Shown here one piece after another: positions 29,366-39,637 of a DNA stretch of 64,000 nt. Under the pieces are notes generated by a model. It was not told the DNA's origin, ran no database searches, and saw only the letters and a program-made list of their open reading frames with translations. The stretch's first letter is position 1. The number at the start of each line of letters is the position of its first letter. Origin of the DNA: Desulfurococcaceae archaeon (GTDB lineage: Archaea; Thermoproteota; Thermoprotei_A; Sulfolobales; Desulfurococcaceae); assembly GCA_038824035.1 (NCBI GenBank), contig JAWBBW010000002.1, positions 64,001 through 128,000 on the forward strand. Direction: 5' to 3'. The position numbers were made by a program, and so were the translations under genes.

Positions 29366-30928
29366 TCAATAAGTAATGATCTTGACAATCAATCTGGGTA
29401 TATGTATCCATTTATTTAGAACATTCAATAGTTTATTCCTATCAGATATTATGTAGGCAACACTGTATGTCAAGTTCATATACACAAATGGCACCAAGTG
29501 AACACTGTAAAAGCTGTATTGTGTCCTACCCCCTAATATCCAAAGCCCTATATACCCTATTAGTATTGAAACAAAAAATAACCATATCCAGCCATATTTT
29601 CGTTCAGAGAAGAACGCGGCAGGTGTTAATATTGTTAGTAAAAACAGTGAAGTAGACCATATTGGGTAAAAGCCCGAAGATAAAAGCACGCGGCCATCTG
29701 GATATACATATAATGGAAAACTATTAATACCTAAAAACCATTCCCAGGGAGCAGAACTAATAGGGCAATCAGGCTTGTAACACTTTATACTTGTATGCCA
29801 TTTGAAAGATCCTAAGAGCGAATATTCAATCCAATTACCTAGACCCATGTACATTATAATGGGGATAGATACGACCGTAAGACAGATCAAGAACAATAAT
29901 ACCGTGGCCAACACGTATTTTACGGTTGAATTGATCATCTGGTAAACACGTGGATTCGCCTTTAAGTCTCTCCTAACCATGAGTAAGATTACAGGAATCA
30001 ATGCGAAAAGCCCACTGAATTTGAATAGACCACCTATAATACCCATAACCAATGCCCATTCATATTTCCTATTAATTGAGAAATACATAACCAGTAAAGT
30101 AAACAACGCGACATATCCATCAAGTAATCCAATACTAAATAACGCCCTAGAGACCTGATCTGATAAGAGGAGGATGCTTGTAATCACACCTATCAACACA
30201 TTGCTTGTTAAACTATAAATGATCAAATATGTAAACGACACTGCAAGCGCACCCGCGATTATCACTGGTATTCGCCAATACATCGGTTGATCGCCTATCG
30301 CGAACATGGTCAGTGCAATTATGTACTTAGCCAATGGAGGGTGTTCCCAATTTATATAGTTATTAATCCCATCACTATCCGGCATGGCCCATCCAGGTAT
30401 AGCATCTTTTATTCCTAATGTATTGTTCAACTCAGCTAGGAACATTTCAACACTATCCCTGAGGCCTATTACATATATTGCGTTCTTTAGATTTTGGTAG
30501 AAATCGGCCAACTTCACTGTTACATTATACCTGGTTGTTAAGTCATTTATAAGCCCAGTGTCTATGTAATTACATATAACTGTAACGCTATATTCGTTCT
30601 CATGCATTTTCGGCTCTAAACGAAATAGTTTATATAATATAACACGAGCTGAGCCGACATACCATACCTCATCGGAGACGTATCCCTTGCCTCCACGCGT
30701 GATCTCGGCAATAAATAAGCTGTGTGCTTGATTGTAATATATAATAATAGCTATTACAAACAAAACTAAGGCAATTATTGCGTTGTAATTACCTATTCTT
30801 TTCACTATTCTAATTACTTCACTAATTACGCGCATATTGATCATCGACTTTATTGAAACAGATTCTAGCCTTGATGATGTTGAATTAAGACAATGACTTA
30901 TATTTTTATTGATATAGTTCATAATCAT
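29366..30928 (-). CDS. GT39/PMT-like membrane glycosyltransferase (start uncertain)
   Basis: SDEVWY and WEHPPLAK motifs, SSAPWEW, many TM helices. Confidence 0.8.
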   Translation of the reverse strand: MIMNYINKNISHCLNSTSSRLESVSIKSMINMRVISEVIRIVKRIGNYNAIIALVLFVIAIIIYYNQAHSLFIAEITRGGKGYVSDEVWYVGSARVILYKLFRLEPKMHENEYSVTVICNYIDTGLINDLTTRYNVTVKLADFYQNLKNAIYVIGLRDSVEMFLAELNNTLGIKDAIPGWAMPDSDGINNYINWEHPPLAKYIIALTMFAIGDQPMYWRIPVIIAGALAVSFTYLIIYSLTSNVLIGVITSILLLSDQVSRALFSIGLLDGYVALFTLLVMYFSINRKYEWALVMGIIGGLFKFSGLFALIPVILLMVRRDLKANPRVYQMINSTVKYVLATVLLFLICLTVVSIPIIMYMGLGNWIEYSLLGSFKWHTSIKCYKPDCPISSAPWEWFLGINSFPLYVYPDGRVLLSSGFYPIWSTSLFLLTILTPAAFFSERKYGWIWLFFVSILIGYIGLWILGGRTQYSFYSVHLVPFVYMNLTYSVAYIISDRNKLLNVLNKWIHIPRLIVKIITY

Positions 30929-30976
30929 GAGATTATAATGTGGTTCTGATATTTTACTAGATAGGCGGGATCTAAT

Positions 30977-32224
30977 ATGTCAAGATCGATTATCTTAGTG
31001 ACATTGGCACTAATGATCATATCAACCATATTACATATGCCCGTAGAAACACAGGATATACTGTTTGGCAGGGTTATTTTACAACCCATATACAACGATT
31101 TTTTGCAGCCATTATACAATGTGATAATAAGACCTGACCCCAGGCGAATTCACGAAATATGGCTCAACATAAATGCTTGGAACAGATTTATCAATGGTGA
31201 ACGAACCATCATCTTACCATTTATGGATTATAAACCATATATTGATGGATATAGATTAATAGCTCCTCCTTTACATGGATTCCTAGTTGGCATATTTATA
31301 CAAACTTCACTCCTGTTTTCAAACACGCGCGATCCAAATATATTAATTACAATTTGTTACATCCTTCAGGCGATCTCATCAACTGTTTGCATAATATTGG
31401 CTATTAACTATTTGCTCAAAAAAATCGGGAAAGGCTTATATCCACTAATGATCATAACTATGTTGGTTTATGGAGTCTATAACATTGAGCCATTCGCATT
31501 ATTATTTATCATATTATCCATGCTGAACTTTCTCGAGAACAAAGAAAATAAGGCAATACTATATGCAGGGCTCGCTTCTTCTTTCTCATATTTTGCTTTT
31601 GTACTTTTCGGTGTCATGATCTTCGTGGCATTGAAGAGAAATTTAAAATACAGCCATATATTATCCATATTGTTACCCTTGATTCCATATCTTTTGATCC
31701 TAATGGTTAAACCTGAGTATTTGGGTTGGGTTATAAATAGCTTAATATCACCGGTATTCAATTGTAGTCTATACCAATTTGCATCAATTAAATTAGGAGA
31801 TGAAGTTATGTTTAGAATATCTACCGGAATTTGGCTAACACTCTTACTAATAATTTACTCCATTCATCCAAGCGAGGGCGATATCAATAAATGGCCTGGT
31901 TATATTGCTGGTCTTTTAACACTCATGTACACAATGCACCCACAGACTGTTCCGCAGACGTTATTGCTTATATTACCATCATTGCTCCTCGCCATGAATA
32001 AAGATTCGAAAAATATTTTCTTGCTTATATTAACGGAGGCCTTGAATGCTATGATAATATTGTTATGGTTCCACGCTGGCTTTATTGCATCATATTTATC
32101 GCATATAGGCATAAGGGTATCTAGTAATCCTCTCTCACTTGATAACCCTGTTCAATGGATCGCTCAAGCTAGGAACGCTATCTTACTGGTGCACAGCGGT
32201 CTTTTGATCTCAGAAAACGTGTAA
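30977..32224 (+). CDS. Multi-pass membrane protein, GT-C fold (GT87/DUF2029-like)
   Basis: PPLHG loop, YNIE, HPQ; about ten hydrophobic segments. Confidence 0.55.
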   Translation: MSRSIILVTLALMIISTILHMPVETQDILFGRVILQPIYNDFLQPLYNVIIRPDPRRIHEIWLNINAWNRFINGERTIILPFMDYKPYIDGYRLIAPPLHGFLVGIFIQTSLLFSNTRDPNILITICYILQAISSTVCIILAINYLLKKIGKGLYPLMIITMLVYGVYNIEPFALLFIILSMLNFLENKENKAILYAGLASSFSYFAFVLFGVMIFVALKRNLKYSHILSILLPLIPYLLILMVKPEYLGWVINSLISPVFNCSLYQFASIKLGDEVMFRISTGIWLTLLLIIYSIHPSEGDINKWPGYIAGLLTLMYTMHPQTVPQTLLLILPSLLLAMNKDSKNIFLLILTEALNAMIILLWFHAGFIASYLSHIGIRVSSNPLSLDNPVQWIAQARNAILLVHSGLLISENV

Positions 32225-32235
32225 ATAACAATTTA

Positions 32236-32946
32236 TCAATAGTTAACATCGTCAATTAAGATCTCTATATCTATACATTTCTCTATAATGTCGAGATATC
32301 GTTTATCCTTAATGATCTTTGCATATGTAGTTGAAAACTCATTAGAGTACAATACTATGTTTCTTATATATTCGATAACGTATTTAATGATCTCGGATAT
32401 ATCGCATTCTTTTATCTCCTCTTTCGCCATGTATTTTCTCCACGTCACAATGAATAAAGTCTCAATTGGTGTGGGGATAAACGGACCCAGTTGTATTATC
32501 CTATCGATCCTTATGTTGTTTTTCACTAAGGCATAGTATTCTAGGTATTTATCTAACACAAGTACACCGCTCCAGCTTCTTAATGGAGGATTCAACGATG
32601 TATCTTTAAATAATTCTATCCATTCCTTTATATCGATCTTACCATAAGCTGATGCCTTGATAACAAGGGATGATATCTTTACTGAGAGATCTATAGTTGC
32701 ATTGATGTTTCTCATGTTCTTATAGCAAACGATTTCGAAATCATTACTACCATTCCAGATGAGATCTAAAATTTCACCCCATATTCTTACCAGACTTAAT
32801 GGAATATATGTGTAGAATAAAACAGTGTCCTTGACACATACTTCGAAAGGTATAGGTAAATAATAACGGGTAGGGTGTTTAAAGATATGTTCACGGAGTT
32901 TCCTATAGCCAATTTCTGTTGGAGGGATCAATATGACCCAATGCAA
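32236..32946 (-). CDS. Hypothetical protein
   Basis: 236-aa ORF filling the gap, GGAGG-like RBS; no recognised motif. Confidence 0.65.
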   Translation of the reverse strand: MHWVILIPPTEIGYRKLREHIFKHPTRYYLPIPFEVCVKDTVLFYTYIPLSLVRIWGEILDLIWNGSNDFEIVCYKNMRNINATIDLSVKISSLVIKASAYGKIDIKEWIELFKDTSLNPPLRSWSGVLVLDKYLEYYALVKNNIRIDRIIQLGPFIPTPIETLFIVTWRKYMAKEEIKECDISEIIKYVIEYIRNIVLYSNEFSTTYAKIIKDKRYLDIIEKCIDIEILIDDVNY

Positions 32947-33110
32947 TTAGATCCCTCCTATGAGTTTTAGGAATGTTGTTTTCTCTAATCATGAGATGGG
33001 GTATATTTAATTTCTTATTTGATTTCTACTTAATTATGGCTATAAATTCCTCATTGTAATTAAATCCAGGTTTTTAGATATTAAAACCCACATATCATCT
33101 TAGATTCTAG

Positions 33111-33422
33111 GTGATATTATTGATCAGCGATGTGGATTACCCTTTAGAAGATAGAGAAGAAGTAGAGGAGACAGAGGAAATAACGGAAGAAGAAAAGGCC
33201 GAGGAAATTGCCGAGATCATTATTGATCAGCTCAAGGTATTACTAGATGTTACAAAACTATGGAGAAAAATATTAAAAAACGAAATCAATCTAGAGAGCC
33301 TGGAAAGCCTAGTTAAACCTAGTACTGCACCTGTCCTTGTTACTGTCGAAAAACCTTCTCCTAGAAAACGGAGCAGTAGGGAGAGGAAAAAATTCTCGAA
33401 AACTCGTAGAAAGAGGTCATGA
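33111..33422 (+). CDS. rpo13: RNA polymerase subunit Rpo13 (putative)
   Basis: Acidic N-terminus, core IDQLKVLLDVTKLWRKILKNEINLE resembling Sulfolobus Rpo13, basic C-terminal tail. Confidence 0.75.
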   Translation: MILLISDVDYPLEDREEVEETEEITEEEKAEEIAEIIIDQLKVLLDVTKLWRKILKNEINLESLESLVKPSTAPVLVTVEKPSPRKRSSRERKKFSKTRRKRS

Positions 33423-33797
33423 ACGCGATTGATCAATCACCTCAATGCTTGAAAACCCTATTTCTTTTAGACAACTATGTAGGAAATCAACTGATATTCT
33501 TCTGTCAAATACCAATTCAACATATTCCCCCTTATCTTCTATGAATAGTTTTAATTTCTGAATAGCTACATTACCTTTTATAATATCCGCCATATCTCTG
33601 GCTAAACTAATGTATTCTTCGAACCTTCTTCGAGATCGTTCGTAATATTCGTTAAAATTTTTTATGATCCTTTCTGCTTCATCCAAGTCCTTTGTAACTA
33701 TATGTTTCTTAATAACACCTATCAATTCGAGAGCTTTCTCGCGGCGTAGAGTTATCCGGGGACTTTTAGCTATGTCTATTATGATAACAATATTCAT
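33417..33797 (-). CDS. Hypothetical protein
   Basis: 126-aa ORF with GGTG RBS. Confidence 0.65.
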   Translation of the reverse strand: MNIVIIIDIAKSPRITLRREKALELIGVIKKHIVTKDLDEAERIIKNFNEYYERSRRRFEEYISLARDMADIIKGNVAIQKLKLFIEDKGEYVELVFDRRISVDFLHSCLKEIGFSSIEVIDQSRS

Positions 33798-33881
33798 TTA
33801 GAATACACCGTGACCAATAATTATTATTTTTTAACTTAAATAATTCCTTGTACTGAAATAATATTATTCGAGGTGAAATAA

Positions 33882-34634
33882 GTGTTTAAAGCAATTTATC
33901 CTAATGCAAGTAAAATGAAATACGTTACCCAGGCAATAGCGAAGATAACAGACGAGGTCCCATTCTACGCTACCACCGATTCCTTAGAAGCACGTATATT
34001 AAGCCCTGATAAAACCATGCTAACTATTTTCAAGATCCCTAGTATAGCTTTCGAAGAATTCCACGTTGAAGGAGAAGAATTCTTCGTGGTCTCTTCAACG
34101 GAATTAAATAAAATTGTGAGAAGAGCGTCTAGAAACGATGTACTGGTATTGGAATTGGATAAGGAGAACAATGTGTTGAAAACGATATTTAGAGATAGGA
34201 AAATAGGTGTTGAAAGGGAATTCCAAATCTCAATTATACCAAGACCGCAGGAAACTATACCACATCTCGATATAGATCTAAATGTCTCCGTTAGAATGTT
34301 ATCCGAGGATTTCAAAAATATTATCAGCGACTTGAAGATCGTTGGAGAAGAGGCGTTATTTATATATGATAAAAATAAACTAGTGATTTCAAGTATAGAA
34401 CAACAAAAAGAATATAGTTGTGAGCTCGTAGAGGGGAATCCATTATTGTATATAGCAGCATCTGTTGAAAAAGCGAGAGCCTCCTATAATATCGACATGT
34501 TAGCGATAGCTGTCAAACCAGCCTCGGCTTCAAAACAGGTGACAATATCGTTTGACACAGATAAACCAATGAAAATAGAATACGAACTGACAGGAGGAGG
34601 TCAAATAATATATTGGCTTGTTCCGAGGATATAA
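33882..34634 (+). CDS. pcn: DNA sliding clamp PCNA
   Basis: LSPDKTML, C-terminal YWLVPRI, 250 aa. Confidence 0.93.
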   Translation: MFKAIYPNASKMKYVTQAIAKITDEVPFYATTDSLEARILSPDKTMLTIFKIPSIAFEEFHVEGEEFFVVSSTELNKIVRRASRNDVLVLELDKENNVLKTIFRDRKIGVEREFQISIIPRPQETIPHLDIDLNVSVRMLSEDFKNIISDLKIVGEEALFIYDKNKLVISSIEQQKEYSCELVEGNPLLYIAASVEKARASYNIDMLAIAVKPASASKQVTISFDTDKPMKIEYELTGGGQIIYWLVPRI

Positions 34635-34886
34635 TTATTTAAGTTGTTCAAGCATACTCGTCAATTCCCTGAGAAGTTTATCTCTCTCCTCTTTTCTAAT
34701 TTCCTTGGTTTTCTCCATCGGTTTTTCAACTATTTTTATACTCCATACAGGGTTCTTACAAACTGTAAACCATTTCGTACATGTAATACAACAGTGTATA
34801 TCGATCGATATATCGGGATACATACTACATCTTTTAGTGGGTCTATATGATCCACATATATCGCACCTATCCCAGTACAATGTCAA
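34635..34886 (-). CDS. Small Cys-rich zinc-binding protein
   Basis: CDIC, C, HCCITC, C pattern followed by a charged helix. Confidence 0.7.
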   Translation of the reverse strand: MTLYWDRCDICGSYRPTKRCSMYPDISIDIHCCITCTKWFTVCKNPVWSIKIVEKPMEKTKEIRKEERDKLLRELTSMLEQLK

Positions 34887-35020
34887 TATACTTCACCAAG
34901 CTAGTTGATTTAATAAAATACCTAATAAAAATATATTATGGATCGTATTTAAAGTCAGACCCGTATATATAATAAATTATAATAAGTATCGTTACTGATA
35001 TATATAGATACGGTGATAAA

Positions 35021-35602
35021 ATGCTTTATGAAATAATATTCTATGGAAGAGGTGGTCAAGGAGCTGTGACAGCATCTCATTTACTAGTAGAGGCCGCTAT
35101 GTATGAAGGAAAATATGGCCAAGGTTTTCCATTTTTCGGGGCTGAAAGAAGAGGTGCACCTGTTACGGCTTATACAAGGTTGAGCGACACACCTATTCTT
35201 AGACATGGGATGTTTGATGAGGCAGATATACTGGTCATATTTGATGATAGTATATTAGATCTAGGTATTACCAAGAGAATCGCGTTACGTGATAGCGGCA
35301 TAATAGTTATCAATACTGAAAGAAAAAACATACCACTAGAAAACGTGAATTCAAAAGGCAAATTCACAGTATATGTCGTGAACGCAACCAAGATATCAAG
35401 GGAACTTGGACTAGTAGTGGCTGGTTGGCCACTCGTGAACACCGCAATGTTAGGCGCGTTTTCGCGTGCATCTAGACTTGTAAGTATAGAGAGCATAAAG
35501 AACGCTATAATGAATTACTTTGGAAGTAAAATAGGCACGGTTAATGCCATGGCCGCTCAAAGAGCACATGATGAAATAACCTTACTTGGTGAACCCGTAT
35601 GA
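35021..35602 (+). CDS. porG: 2-oxoacid:ferredoxin oxidoreductase gamma subunit
   Basis: GRGGQG, FGAERRGAPV, VNTAMLGA. Confidence 0.93.
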   Translation: MLYEIIFYGRGGQGAVTASHLLVEAAMYEGKYGQGFPFFGAERRGAPVTAYTRLSDTPILRHGMFDEADILVIFDDSILDLGITKRIALRDSGIIVINTERKNIPLENVNSKGKFTVYVVNATKISRELGLVVAGWPLVNTAMLGAFSRASRLVSIESIKNAIMNYFGSKIGTVNAMAAQRAHDEITLLGEPV

Positions 35603-35883
35603 ACGAAGTCAAGGCTGTGAATACAGCTGGTTTTAAGTTACCATTAAATACCCCTATGATAGGGGTAGCTGGTAAAACAGGGTCTTGGAGAGTTCAAAAA
35701 CCAGCAATAGACATATCTAAATGCACGAGGTGTTATCAGTGCGAAATATTTTGCCCAGCTAATTCAATCATAGTGAAAGAGATGGGGGCAATCGTGGATT
35801 ATGATTATTGCAAAGGCTGCGGTATCTGCGCTGAGGTATGCCCCATGAAAGCTATTCAAATGATAAATGAGCGCGGTGAATAA
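35599..35883 (+). CDS. porD: 2-oxoacid:ferredoxin oxidoreductase delta subunit
   Basis: TGSWR and two CxxCxxCxxxCP motifs. Confidence 0.93.
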   Translation: MNEVKAVNTAGFKLPLNTPMIGVAGKTGSWRVQKPAIDISKCTRCYQCEIFCPANSIIVKEMGAIVDYDYCKGCGICAEVCPMKAIQMINERGE

Positions 35884-37069
35884 TATGGCCACTAAAAAGG
35901 CATTAACAGGCAATCATGCCGTGGCATATGGAGTTAAACTGGCTAAGCCAGACATCATAGCCGCTTACCCCATAACCCCCCAGACAAGTATAGTGGAAAA
36001 GTTATCAGAGATGATCGAATCGGGCGAACTCAGCGCCATTATGATCAGAGTCGAGTCAGAACATTCGGCTCTTGCTGCTTGCTTTGGCGCTGCTATAAGT
36101 GGAGCAAGAGTCTTCACAGCTACGAGTAGCCAGGGACTGTTATATATGCATGAAATGGTGCACTGGGTTTCTAGGGTACGTATACCAGTTGTCATGGCCG
36201 TGGTATCTCGTACCATAAATGCTCCGTGGAATATATGGCCAGATCATACCGATTTCATGGACCAACGAGATGCTGGATGGATCATGTCATATGCTATGGA
36301 CAATCAAGAGGTATTGGACCTCACCATTCAGGCATTTAAGATAAGTGAACACCCCGAAGTTTTCCTACCGGTAATGGTAGGGTTGGAGGGCTTTATACTA
36401 AGTCATACAGCAATGCCGGTGGAAATACCTGATGAAAAAGTTGTCGAAGAATGGCTGGGACACAGGAAACAACCATATATAATAGATGGATCATATCAAG
36501 TAGGTCTCGGAGGTCTTACACCCCCCGAAGACACCGAGGATATTTTCTATGATATTCAGAGGGCCATGGAAAACTCGAAAAAAATCATAAAGGAGGTTGA
36601 CGAGGAATATGGAAAATTATTTGGGAGGAGCTATGGTGGTCTAGTACAGTGTTTTCAATGCACGGATTCAAAGTATTTCACCATATCCATGGGATCATGG
36701 ACTGGTGATCTAATAGAGGCCGTGATGCGGTTGAGAGAGGAAGGTTACAAAGTTGGTGTCATCCGAATAAGATTTTACAGACCTTTTCCCAAGGAAGATT
36801 TATGGGAAATTACTAAAAATGCCCGTGGAATCCTGGTATTCGATAGATCGATTAGTTTTGGTGCGTGGGGACAGATATTCACTGATATGGTGACCAGTCT
36901 AGTTGAATACACGAGAAAACTACCCTATATGAGCAATATCATTGCTGGTATAGCTGGTGTTAATGTGACGAGTCAGGATTTTTACAAGATAGTAAAAGAT
37001 TTCATAGAGAAAGTTGAACGAGGAGAAACACCAGAATTTTTTAAATGGGTTAGAATTAGGAAGGGTTGA
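35867..37069 (+). CDS. porA: 2-oxoacid:ferredoxin oxidoreductase alpha subunit
   Basis: AYPITPQT, VESEHSA, ATSSQGL. Confidence 0.94.
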   Translation: MSAVNNMATKKALTGNHAVAYGVKLAKPDIIAAYPITPQTSIVEKLSEMIESGELSAIMIRVESEHSALAACFGAAISGARVFTATSSQGLLYMHEMVHWVSRVRIPVVMAVVSRTINAPWNIWPDHTDFMDQRDAGWIMSYAMDNQEVLDLTIQAFKISEHPEVFLPVMVGLEGFILSHTAMPVEIPDEKVVEEWLGHRKQPYIIDGSYQVGLGGLTPPEDTEDIFYDIQRAMENSKKIIKEVDEEYGKLFGRSYGGLVQCFQCTDSKYFTISMGSWTGDLIEAVMRLREEGYKVGVIRIRFYRPFPKEDLWEITKNARGILVFDRSISFGAWGQIFTDMVTSLVEYTRKLPYMSNIIAGIAGVNVTSQDFYKIVKDFIEKVERGETPEFFKWVRIRKG

Positions 37070-37977
37070 GAAAAATGGGCCCGGTAGCACAGCCAAGATT
37101 ACCCTGTAAAGCGCGTGGAATAGTGCTTCCAGGTGATTCTGCTTGCCCGGGATGTCCAATACCAATTGCATGGAAAGTCTTATCAGCGGTGTTCGAGGAG
37201 AAAATGATACTAGTCATACCAGCGTGTTGCTCCTCTGTCATAATAGGGATGTATCCCGGCCAATCGTTGAAAGCCAGCGTAGTACATGTACCATTCGCAT
37301 CAGCAGCTGCTGTAGCTTCTGGTATCGTGGAATCTCTTAAGAGGAGGAACATCAATGATATACAGGTTATAGTGTGGGCCGGTGACGGCGGCACAGCTGA
37401 TATAGGTTTAGCCACATTGAGTGGTGCAATCGAGCGAAATCATGACATGATATATATAATGTACGACAATGAGGCGTATATGAACACTGGCATACAGCGG
37501 AGTTCGTCCACGCCAAAAGGAGCATGGACAACAACAACTCCATTAATTGGTAAAACTGAGCAGAAAAAAGATGTCGCTAAAATAGTGATCGCACATAACA
37601 CGCCCTATGTAGCGACAGCAAGCATTGGTTATCCTCACGATTTCTATAACAAGTTAATAAGGGCTCGTAATATCGAGGGTTTTAAATTTATACAGCTTCA
37701 CGCGCCTTGTCCGGTAGGGTGGAGATTTGATCCCAGATATACCGTTAAAGTAGCACAACTTGCCGTGGAAACAGGACTCTGGATTTTATACGAATATATG
37801 CATGGCAAAATAACACTATCTGGCCCAAGCAAACCATACATTGATGAAACGAGGAGAAAACCAATCGAATTGTATTTAAAAATCCAAGGAAGATTTAGGA
37901 GCATTGAGCCATCACTTATTAAGGAGATAAAGGAATATGTCGATTCAAATTGGGAGTGGATCAAGAAATACATGTAA
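37066..37977 (+). CDS. porB: 2-oxoacid:ferredoxin oxidoreductase beta subunit
   Basis: ACPGC, GDGG...DNEAYMNTG TPP motif. Confidence 0.94.
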   Translation: MRKMGPVAQPRLPCKARGIVLPGDSACPGCPIPIAWKVLSAVFEEKMILVIPACCSSVIIGMYPGQSLKASVVHVPFASAAAVASGIVESLKRRNINDIQVIVWAGDGGTADIGLATLSGAIERNHDMIYIMYDNEAYMNTGIQRSSSTPKGAWTTTTPLIGKTEQKKDVAKIVIAHNTPYVATASIGYPHDFYNKLIRARNIEGFKFIQLHAPCPVGWRFDPRYTVKVAQLAVETGLWILYEYMHGKITLSGPSKPYIDETRRKPIELYLKIQGRFRSIEPSLIKEIKEYVDSNWEWIKKYM

Positions 37978-37982
37978 AGCGA

Positions 37983-38165
37983 TCATATGATCGGGGGAAA
38001 TAGCTTCGACAATATTATAATAGTTGCTACCAATATTATCGTGATTAGTATCAACACGTGGGGCTGTAATTTTATGCCGACATCTACTTCTTCATAAAAT
38101 CTTACAAGTCCAGCTGCTGATAATATAGAAGGTGTTGTTCGTTTCTTCTTACCCTTTTTACTCAT
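37983..38165 (-). CDS. Preprotein translocase Sec61-beta
   Basis: SAAGLVRFYEE plus a single TM helix. Confidence 0.92.
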   Translation of the reverse strand: MSKKGKKKRTTPSILSAAGLVRFYEEVDVGIKLQPHVLILITIILVATIIILSKLFPPII

Positions 38166-38271
38166 GATACATCACGCATCAGTTTAATGTTAATGCTTGG
38201 TATCATTTATGATTAAAAGAGTAATTACCTTTATATAGTTATTCATAAACTAAGCAGTAACAGGTGTAAGA

Positions 38272-38526
38272 ATGAACATAAAAGAAGCGCAGTCCTTAAT
38301 AAAGTCACAGTATTTTGAAAGAGATCGAAACAGGGGACTGTACGCTACTTTTACATGGTTTGTAGAAGAAGTGGGCGAGTTAGCTAATGCCTTGCTGGGT
38401 ATGCAAAGGGGTTCTCTCGAAGAAGAATTTGCCGATGTATTTGCGTGGCTCTTAAGCTTAGCAAACCTTGTAAACATAGACCTCGAAAATGCATTTAAGA
38501 AAAAATATGTTAACGGCAATGTTTAA
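38272..38526 (+). CDS. MazG-like nucleotide pyrophosphohydrolase
   Basis: EEVGEL and EEEFADV motifs. Confidence 0.9.
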   Translation: MNIKEAQSLIKSQYFERDRNRGLYATFTWFVEEVGELANALLGMQRGSLEEEFADVFAWLLSLANLVNIDLENAFKKKYVNGNV

Positions 38527-39250
38527 TCGAGCCTATGATCTTCTTTGCCAATTCAGGGTCTTTTTCGACAATAGTACCGGTCACTATGATGTCTGCACCA
38601 GTTTTCGCGAGGTTGCAGGCAATCTCGGGGGATCTAATGCCACCCCCCACAATAGTTATGAGTGATGTATGTTTCTTGACAATGGCTGGGAACTCTGATG
38701 GTACTGGGATCTCGGCACCGCTTCCAGCTTCAATGTATATATACCTGAGTCCCATCATCTCGGAAGCCAACGCGTACAATGCTATTAACTCGGGTTTATT
38801 GCGAGGAATAGGATATACCCTACCTATATGAGATACCGCGCTATCTTGGTTTATAACGACATAGGCTGTTGGCAATGGCTCGAGTTTATACTTTAAGATG
38901 ATCGGCGCTGCTAGTATCTGTATTTGTGAGAGGTAATAAGGTTCAAGAGTGTTCATTAGAACCATGAATAAAACGGCGTCAGCATGTGGTGTTAAGCAAT
39001 TAATGTTTCCAGGAAATATTATGACTGGTAATCCATGTTTTCTAAGCACCTTAGCAACAACGCCGGCCTCTTCTGGTGTTATCCCAGTACTACCTCCTAC
39101 GAGAAAGGCATCTGTGCCCGATTCAACCATTTTCAGCGAGATTTCCTCGAGCATTGATATCTCTTGGACCCTATCTGGATCTATCAGGGTGAAGTGTAAT
39201 TTGCCTTCTTCGTTAATCTTGTTAACGATGTAATCATGTACCTTTCCCAC
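38510..39250 (-). CDS. Geranylgeranylglyceryl phosphate synthase
   Basis: HFTLIDPD, VGGS, YIEAGSGA, VGGGIR. Confidence 0.95.
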   Translation of the reverse strand: MGKVHDYIVNKINEEGKLHFTLIDPDRVQEISMLEEISLKMVESGTDAFLVGGSTGITPEEAGVVAKVLRKHGLPVIIFPGNINCLTPHADAVLFMVLMNTLEPYYLSQIQILAAPIILKYKLEPLPTAYVVINQDSAVSHIGRVYPIPRNKPELIALYALASEMMGLRYIYIEAGSGAEIPVPSEFPAIVKKHTSLITIVGGGIRSPEIACNLAKTGADIIVTGTIVEKDPELAKKIIGSIKHCR

Positions 39251-39263
39251 TCATTTCACCTTT

Positions 39264-39566
39264 TCAGCCTTCTCCTTCACCAGTAGTGGGTTTCAAAAAC
39301 TTTATCTTTGCTTCACCTTTCTCAAAGAGATCTATGAACTTGGCGTAGATGTCAACTGCTTGATAAACAGAGGGGATATTTAAGAAATCCTCGTTATCGT
39401 ATAACCCGCAATTACCACAAGAAACTATGGCTGAGCTAGTATTATCTCCATGTCTCTTTATGAGTATTGATAAAGACAGTGCTGTGCAATTGGGGCATTG
39501 AAATATCCTAGGTATCTTCACAGTTCTTTTCAAAACAACCCTTCTCTTCTTTCTTCTACGACCCAT
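39264..39566 (-). CDS. elf1: Transcription elongation factor Elf1
   Basis: MGRRRKKRR, FQCPNC, CGNCG, AVDIYAKFID. Confidence 0.88.
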   Translation of the reverse strand: MGRRRKKRRVVLKRTVKIPRIFQCPNCTALSLSILIKRHGDNTSSAIVSCGNCGLYDNEDFLNIPSVYQAVDIYAKFIDLFEKGEAKIKFLKPTTGEGEG

Positions 39567-39637
39567 CGTTCCTCCCGTGATCACGAGGTGCTCTATAGTG
39601 AATTATCTTATTTTAATTATATAAAACCAAAAACACA

